Shown here: piece by piece, positions 46,135 to 51,341 of the stretch
How the letters are laid out: each line of letters begins with the position of its first letter
Numbering within the stretch: the stretch's first letter is position 1
DNA from: Kofleriaceae bacterium
Lineage (GTDB): Bacteria > Myxococcota_A > Polyangia > Haliangiales > Haliangiaceae
Reading direction: 5' to 3'
Assembly: GCA_046597055.1 (NCBI GenBank)
Contig: JBKJLC010000133.1
Location: 1 to 51,341, forward strand
Length of the DNA: 51,341 bases
Program-made: the position numbers and the translations under genes
The notes under the pieces: model-generated
Told to the model about the DNA's origin: nothing
Seen by the model: the letters and a program-made list of their open reading frames with translations, nothing else
Database searches by the model: none

Positions 46135-47706
46135 GTGGGTCGCGATCGACGGAAGCATGGCAAGCGCAAGCCGGCGCGACCGAGCGCTCGCCCGAGCCTG
46201 GCGAGCCTCGCCCGCGTGCGTGGGCCGGCGGCGGCCGCCAGCGGCGGCGCCACCCTGGAATGGGCGCGGTCGGTCGCGGGTTCGCCCCGGGCGCCGAGGG
46301 TCGAGGCCCAGCCGTGGACGATCGCCCCGACCCTGGGCTGGTTCGCGGTGGCGCTGGTCGCGGTCCTGATCGCCCGCGACGGCGGCATCGATGCGCTGAC
46401 CGACCTGGTCACCCGGGCCCCGACCGTGCCGGTGGCGGCCGGGCCGAGCTTCACGGCGAGCCCGGTCGAGCGGATCGACGAGGCCGAGCCGGCGCTGCCG
46501 CCCAGGCCTGATCTCACCCCGTCGCCGCGCGCCGGCGCCGGCTTTCCCGCGAGCGTACCCGGCAAGACGATCGAGGACGCGTGCGCCGATCCGGTCGGCG
46601 CGACCACTGGCTGCAAGCAGTGGGCGATGGACGGCTTCTACCGCGCGCTCGCCGCCGGCGAGGCCGGCACCGCGTCGGTGCCGGTGCGGGTCTCGTTCTA
46701 CGGCGACTCGGTGTCGGCCTCGGACGCGCTGCCGGGTCGGCTGCGGGCCCGGCTGCAGGACGTGTTCGGCGACGGCGGCCCCGGCTTCGTGCACGCGATC
46801 CAGCCCCATCGCTTCAACCACAACGAGGCGGTCGACCGGAAGAGCTCGGGAAGCTGGCAGACCTGGGGCGTGTCGCTGGCGCCGGTCGCCGACGATCTCT
46901 ATGGCGTCGGCAACGCGACCACCGAGGGCGCCGGCCGCATCAAGCTGAAGACGCGGACCTCGAGCGGCAAGCTGGCCCGGGTCGAGCTCTACTACCTGGC
47001 CCAGCCGCGCGGTGGGTCGGTCGACCTCAAGGTCGATGGCAAGGTCGCGGCCACCATCGACACCGCGGCGACCCGCAAGGAATCGCGGTTCGAGTCGCTC
47101 GCGTTCGCCGACGGCAGCCACGAGATCGAGCTGACGGTGACCGATGGTCGGGTCCGACTGTTCGGCTTCGCGCTCGAGCGCGCGGCCGGCATCGTCGTCG
47201 ACAACATGGCGCTGGTGAGCTGCACCGCGCGCAACATGCTCAACAACCTGGCCGACCACTGGAAGGGACAGCTCGCCCACCGCGCCCCCGACCTGGTCGT
47301 GATCATGCTCGGTACCAACGAGGCGCAGTGGCTGGTTGGCTCCAAGGCGATGACGGAGTACGAGCGCCACTGGGAGCAGCTGCTGACGCCGGTGCGCGCG
47401 GGCCGGCCCCGCGGCGCCTGCCTGGTGATGTCGCCGCTCGATCAAGCCGAGACGCGCGACGGCAAGCTGGTACCGCGCCAGGTCGGCCGCATGGTGGCCG
47501 CCCAGCGCAAGGCCGCGCAGGCGATGGGCTGCGCGTTCTGGGACACGTACACGTGGATGGGCGGGACCGGCTCGGCGATCAAGTGGAACCGCCGCGGCCT
47601 GCTCGGCAGCGACTTCGTGCACATGTCCCGCAAGGGCACCGCGCGGGTCGCCGACGGCCTGGCCGACGCACTGTTCAACGGCTACAAGGCCTACAAGGCC
47701 CGGTGA
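46135..47706 (+). CDS. SGNH/GDSL esterase or acyltransferase, Ape1-like, N-terminal membrane anchor
   Basis: FYGDS, FGDGGPGF, MLGTNE, DFVH blocks; start uncertain. Confidence 0.8.
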   Translation: MGRDRRKHGKRKPARPSARPSLASLARVRGPAAAASGGATLEWARSVAGSPRAPRVEAQPWTIAPTLGWFAVALVAVLIARDGGIDALTDLVTRAPTVPVAAGPSFTASPVERIDEAEPALPPRPDLTPSPRAGAGFPASVPGKTIEDACADPVGATTGCKQWAMDGFYRALAAGEAGTASVPVRVSFYGDSVSASDALPGRLRARLQDVFGDGGPGFVHAIQPHRFNHNEAVDRKSSGSWQTWGVSLAPVADDLYGVGNATTEGAGRIKLKTRTSSGKLARVELYYLAQPRGGSVDLKVDGKVAATIDTAATRKESRFESLAFADGSHEIELTVTDGRVRLFGFALERAAGIVVDNMALVSCTARNMLNNLADHWKGQLAHRAPDLVVIMLGTNEAQWLVGSKAMTEYERHWEQLLTPVRAGRPRGACLVMSPLDQAETRDGKLVPRQVGRMVAAQRKAAQAMGCAFWDTYTWMGGTGSAIKWNRRGLLGSDFVHMSRKGTARVADGLADALFNGYKAYKAR

Positions 47707-49130
47707 GCCGGTTCTCGGCATGCATGCTCGGTGGCGCCGTGGTCGTCGGCGTGGTCGCGCTCGGCTGCAATGGCCAGGCGGTCGAGGCCCAGCCGCGGAC
47801 GCCGGTCGAGGCCGACGTGGCGGGCGGGGGCGAGCCGAACGACGGCGGGCTGGTCCCGGCAGTCGACCCCGGGCCACCGCAACCGCTGCTCACGGTGCCG
47901 GCGGGCGCGCTCGACGCGCTGCACGTCGCGCTCGACAAGGCCGAGCGCGATCAGCCCGACGGCCGCGCGCTGCTGGTGTTCTTCGGTGACTCTCACACCG
48001 CCGGCGATCAGCTGACCGGCTACCTGCGCCGCCGGCTGGGTGGTCGGTTCGGGGACGCCGGCCGCGGCTTCGTGCTCGCCGGGCGCCCACCGATCCGTCA
48101 TTACTACCTGCGCGACATCCGCTACGGCTCGGCCGGGCGGTGGGCGGCCGAGCTCGGCGGCAAGAAGGGCAACCTGCCGCCGTTCGGGCTGGCGGGGGTG
48201 CGCGCCCACAGCGATCGCCGCGACGCGACCGCCTGGGTCGAGAGCTGCGACCAGTGCGGATCGGATCGGGTCGCCCGCTTCGACGTGTTCTACCTGCGGA
48301 CGTCGGCCTCGGGCACGCTCGGCTTCCGGGTCGACGACGGCGCCTGGCAGAAGTGGAAGACCCGCTTGCCCAAGGGCGGCGCCGGCGAGCGCACCGCCGC
48401 GGTGCTGTCGGTCCCGGTCCGCGAGGGCCGGCACCGGCTGACCTTGCGGCCGTCCGGCGGGGGCCCGGTCGAGCTGTTCGGCGTCGCGCTCGAGCGCGGC
48501 ACCCCGGGCGTCGTGGTCGACGCGCTGGGCGTGGTCGGTCGACGGCTCGGCCACCTGCGCAGCTGGGACTGGGACATCATCGGCCCGCAGCTCGCGGCCC
48601 GCGCGCCGGCGCTGGTGGTCCTGCAGTACGGCACCAACGAGGCCGACGACCCGACCCTCGATCTCGACGCGCTCGCGCGCCAGTACGACGAGGTCATCGC
48701 GCTCGTGCGCAGCCACGCGCCGGGCGCGTCGATCCTGGTGCTGGGCCCGCCCGACATGGGCGAGCGCGACGCCGGCAGGGCCTGCGACAAGCTGCTGGCG
48801 CCGCGGCGCGGCGTGCGCGAGCCCGAGGTCGACCTCGACGCCGGCGTGCCGCCCGAGTGCGTGTGGCACACGCCCGCGCTGCTGCCGCAGGTCATCGAGG
48901 TCCAGCGCGCGGCCGCGGCCCGCAACCGGGTCGCCTTCTTCGACACGTTCGCGGCGCTCGGGGGCGCCGATCAGATGGACCTGTTCTTTCATCGCGATCC
49001 GCCACTGGCGTACTCGGACCATGTTCACCTGACGCAGCCCGGCGCCGAGCTGTGGGGCCAGCACCTCGTCGAGGCGCTGCTCGCCGGCTACAGCGCCTGG
49101 AAGCAGCCCGCCGCGCTCGAGCACCCGTAG
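47703..49130 (+). CDS. SGNH/GDSL esterase lipoprotein, Ape1-like
   Basis: Lipobox ALGC; FFGDSHTAGD, FGDAGRGF, QYGTNE, DHVH. Confidence 0.83.
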   Translation: MSRFSACMLGGAVVVGVVALGCNGQAVEAQPRTPVEADVAGGGEPNDGGLVPAVDPGPPQPLLTVPAGALDALHVALDKAERDQPDGRALLVFFGDSHTAGDQLTGYLRRRLGGRFGDAGRGFVLAGRPPIRHYYLRDIRYGSAGRWAAELGGKKGNLPPFGLAGVRAHSDRRDATAWVESCDQCGSDRVARFDVFYLRTSASGTLGFRVDDGAWQKWKTRLPKGGAGERTAAVLSVPVREGRHRLTLRPSGGGPVELFGVALERGTPGVVVDALGVVGRRLGHLRSWDWDIIGPQLAARAPALVVLQYGTNEADDPTLDLDALARQYDEVIALVRSHAPGASILVLGPPDMGERDAGRACDKLLAPRRGVREPEVDLDAGVPPECVWHTPALLPQVIEVQRAAAARNRVAFFDTFAALGGADQMDLFFHRDPPLAYSDHVHLTQPGAELWGQHLVEALLAGYSAWKQPAALEHP

Positions 49131-49136
49131 CCGCCG

Positions 49137-51341
49137 ATGCTCTTCACGAGCCCTCACTACCCGCTGTACCTCGCGGCGGTGTTCCTGCTGTATGGCCTGT
49201 CGCGCAGCGGACGCTGGCCCGGGGTGGTGGCGCGCCTCGCGCTCATGACCGTGCTCGGCGACGTGGTGTGGCTGTCGTTCACCCACGACACCGCCCGGCT
49301 GTGGGACCCGCTCGGCGGCCTGGCGTTCGGCTCGTTGCCGGGCGCGGCGCTGCCACCGCTGTGGCGACTTCCGCTGGGCCTGGCGGTGCTGGCCGGCGCG
49401 GTCTATCTCGGGGTGCACGGGGCCGCGCGACCGCCCGAGGCGCGGCAGGGTCGGGTCGCCGCGGGGATGCTCGGCGCGGTGCTGGCCACCGGCGTGCTGG
49501 TGCTGGTCGGGTGGCGCGCCGGCGTGCTCGACGCGATCTCGTTCGCGCTGGCCGAGGTCGGCCACCTGGCGTGGCTGGTCGGGCTCGGCATCGCGCTCGG
49601 CGCGGCGTCGACCGTGCGCGGTCGCACCGTCGGCCGGGTGCTGATCCTGCTGCTGGTGAGCGCGGTCTTCTATCACGCGTGGGCGGCCGGCCAGCACGGC
49701 GCCTACAAGTACCTGCTGGCGCTGATCGTCTTCACGATCGTCCTCGACTACTACCTCGCGCTCGCGATCGAGGACGCCACCTCGCAGGCCCGGCGCAAGC
49801 TGCTGCTGATCGTGAGCCTGGTGTCGAACCTCGGCATCCTGTGCCTGTTCAAGTACGCCGACTTCTTCGCGATCGACGTGCTGCACCTGCCGGTCGATCC
49901 GTTGCACCTGGTGCTGCCGGCCGGCATCTCGTTCCACACGTTCCAGTCGATGTCGTACACGATCGAGGTCTACCGCAAGGAGATCCCGGCGACCCGGTCG
50001 GTGACCGAGCTGGCGACCTTCGTCCTGTTCTTCCCGCAGCTGGTGGCCGGCCCGATCGTCCGCGCCAACGAGCTGCTGCCGCAGATCGGCACGCCGCCGG
50101 CGTTCGATCACCGGCTCGCCGCCGACGGGCTCTACCGGATCGTGCTCGGGCTGTTCAAGAAGATCGCGCTCGCCGACTTCCTGGCGACCGCGCTGGCCGA
50201 TCGCGTCTTCAAGGATCCGTCGCTGTACTCGTCGGTCGAGGTCGTGGTGGGCGTGTACGCCTACGCGTTCCAGATCTACCTCGACTTCTCGGCCTACTCC
50301 GACATCGCGATCGGCTCCGCGCAGCTGCTGGGCTACAAGCTGCCCGAGAACTTCGAGACGCCGTACCGCTCCGGCAGCCTGCAGGAGTTCTGGCGGCGCT
50401 GGCACATGACCCTGTCGCGCTGGCTGCGCGACTACCTCTACATCCCGCTCGGCGGCAGCCGCGGCGGCGAGCTGGCCACCTATCGCAACCTGATCCTGAC
50501 GATGCTGCTCGGCGGCCTGTGGCACGGCGCCAGCTGGACCTTCGTCGTGTGGGGCCTGCTCCACGGCGGCGGCCTGGCGGTGACGCGCTACTACCAGCGC
50601 GTGGTCGACGCCGACCGCGCCCGGGGCCGGCGCGTGCTGATCGGCTGCGCGGTGCTGTTCCTCGCCGGCGCGAGCCTGCACGCGACGGTGCTCGCCGGCG
50701 CGGTCGACGACATCTGGCTCGATCTGACCCTGGCCTGGCTGTACGCGGTGCCGCTGTGGGCCGCGGCGACCGCGTGGCTGACCGGCGGCGACGAGCCGGT
50801 GATCAGCGGCCGCGGAGCTCCCGAGGTGGTCCGGGCGCTGCGGCTGTCGGGCGGGCTGGCGATCCTCGTGCTGCTGGCCGCGATGTACCTGGACGCGCGC
50901 ACGATGTGGCTGCCGCTCGCCGGCTCCGCGCTGGTGGCCACGTGGGCGGCCGACGCGGTCGAGGTGGGGCCGTCGTGGGCGATGGCCCGGCGCTGGCTCG
51001 CCTGGGCGGCCCGGCGCGCGCTCGCGGTGATGCTGGTCTTCCACTACGTGTGCCTGGCCTGGGTCTTCTTCCGGGCCCAGACGTTCGACACGGCGCTCGC
51101 GGTGCTCGAGCGCATGGCGGCCTGGGAGCTCGACGCGCCCAACCTGATCGCGCCGGTCCAGCTCGCGCTGGTGGTCGCGCTCGGCGCGCACTTCTTCGCC
51201 CCGCGCACGCTGGCCTGGTGGCGCGAGCGGTTCATCGCGGCTCCCGCGCCGGTGCAGGGCCTCGTCCTCGCCGCGTGCGCGCTCGCGCTGCGCGAGCTCG
51301 CGGTCCCGCACATCGTGCCGTTCATCTACTTCCAGTTCTGA
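49137..51341 (+). CDS. MBOAT O-acyltransferase (AlgI/PatA family) with extra membrane segments
   Basis: LFTS, FKY, LPAGISFHTFQ, FFPQLVAGPI, GLFKK, DFSAYSD, EFWRRWH, GLWHGA, terminal PFIYFQF. Confidence 0.93.
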   Translation: MLFTSPHYPLYLAAVFLLYGLSRSGRWPGVVARLALMTVLGDVVWLSFTHDTARLWDPLGGLAFGSLPGAALPPLWRLPLGLAVLAGAVYLGVHGAARPPEARQGRVAAGMLGAVLATGVLVLVGWRAGVLDAISFALAEVGHLAWLVGLGIALGAASTVRGRTVGRVLILLLVSAVFYHAWAAGQHGAYKYLLALIVFTIVLDYYLALAIEDATSQARRKLLLIVSLVSNLGILCLFKYADFFAIDVLHLPVDPLHLVLPAGISFHTFQSMSYTIEVYRKEIPATRSVTELATFVLFFPQLVAGPIVRANELLPQIGTPPAFDHRLAADGLYRIVLGLFKKIALADFLATALADRVFKDPSLYSSVEVVVGVYAYAFQIYLDFSAYSDIAIGSAQLLGYKLPENFETPYRSGSLQEFWRRWHMTLSRWLRDYLYIPLGGSRGGELATYRNLILTMLLGGLWHGASWTFVVWGLLHGGGLAVTRYYQRVVDADRARGRRVLIGCAVLFLAGASLHATVLAGAVDDIWLDLTLAWLYAVPLWAAATAWLTGGDEPVISGRGAPEVVRALRLSGGLAILVLLAAMYLDARTMWLPLAGSALVATWAADAVEVGPSWAMARRWLAWAARRALAVMLVFHYVCLAWVFFRAQTFDTALAVLERMAAWELDAPNLIAPVQLALVVALGAHFFAPRTLAWWRERFIAAPAPVQGLVLAACALALRELAVPHIVPFIYFQF

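Overview
Very GC-rich chromosomal window, probably from a Myxococcota genome (MYXO-CTERM-type sorting tail, Hanks kinase, Cys-rich lipoproteins, many sigma54-type promoters; taxonomy is inference). About 46 credible CDSs; no rRNA, tRNA, CRISPR, transposase or integrase seen. Main modules: (1) an NAD-salvage operon pncB-prs-nadE-nrtR with a GT-N7-AC NrtR box, plus distant cobB and pncA; (2) secreted-enzyme genes (FG-GAP lipoprotein, pectate lyase, trypsin/beta-gamma-crystallin protease) and an orphan double-glycine-leader peptide next to a Sel1-repeat gene; (3) a ROK-regulated beta-1,3-glucan utilisation locus (CBM-like lipoprotein, unknown outer-membrane protein, GH81, GH16, Opp-type ABC, GH1, pfkA) with no TonB receptor; (4) a four-gene operon behind an ECF-type promoter encoding a small secreted two-Cys protein, a ferritin-like diiron protein, an ECF sigma and a FecR-type anti-sigma, the best candidate for an undescribed system; (5) an SGNH-SGNH-MBOAT O-acetylation cluster. 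All calls come from reading motifs by eye; no database searches were run and start codons are best estimates.
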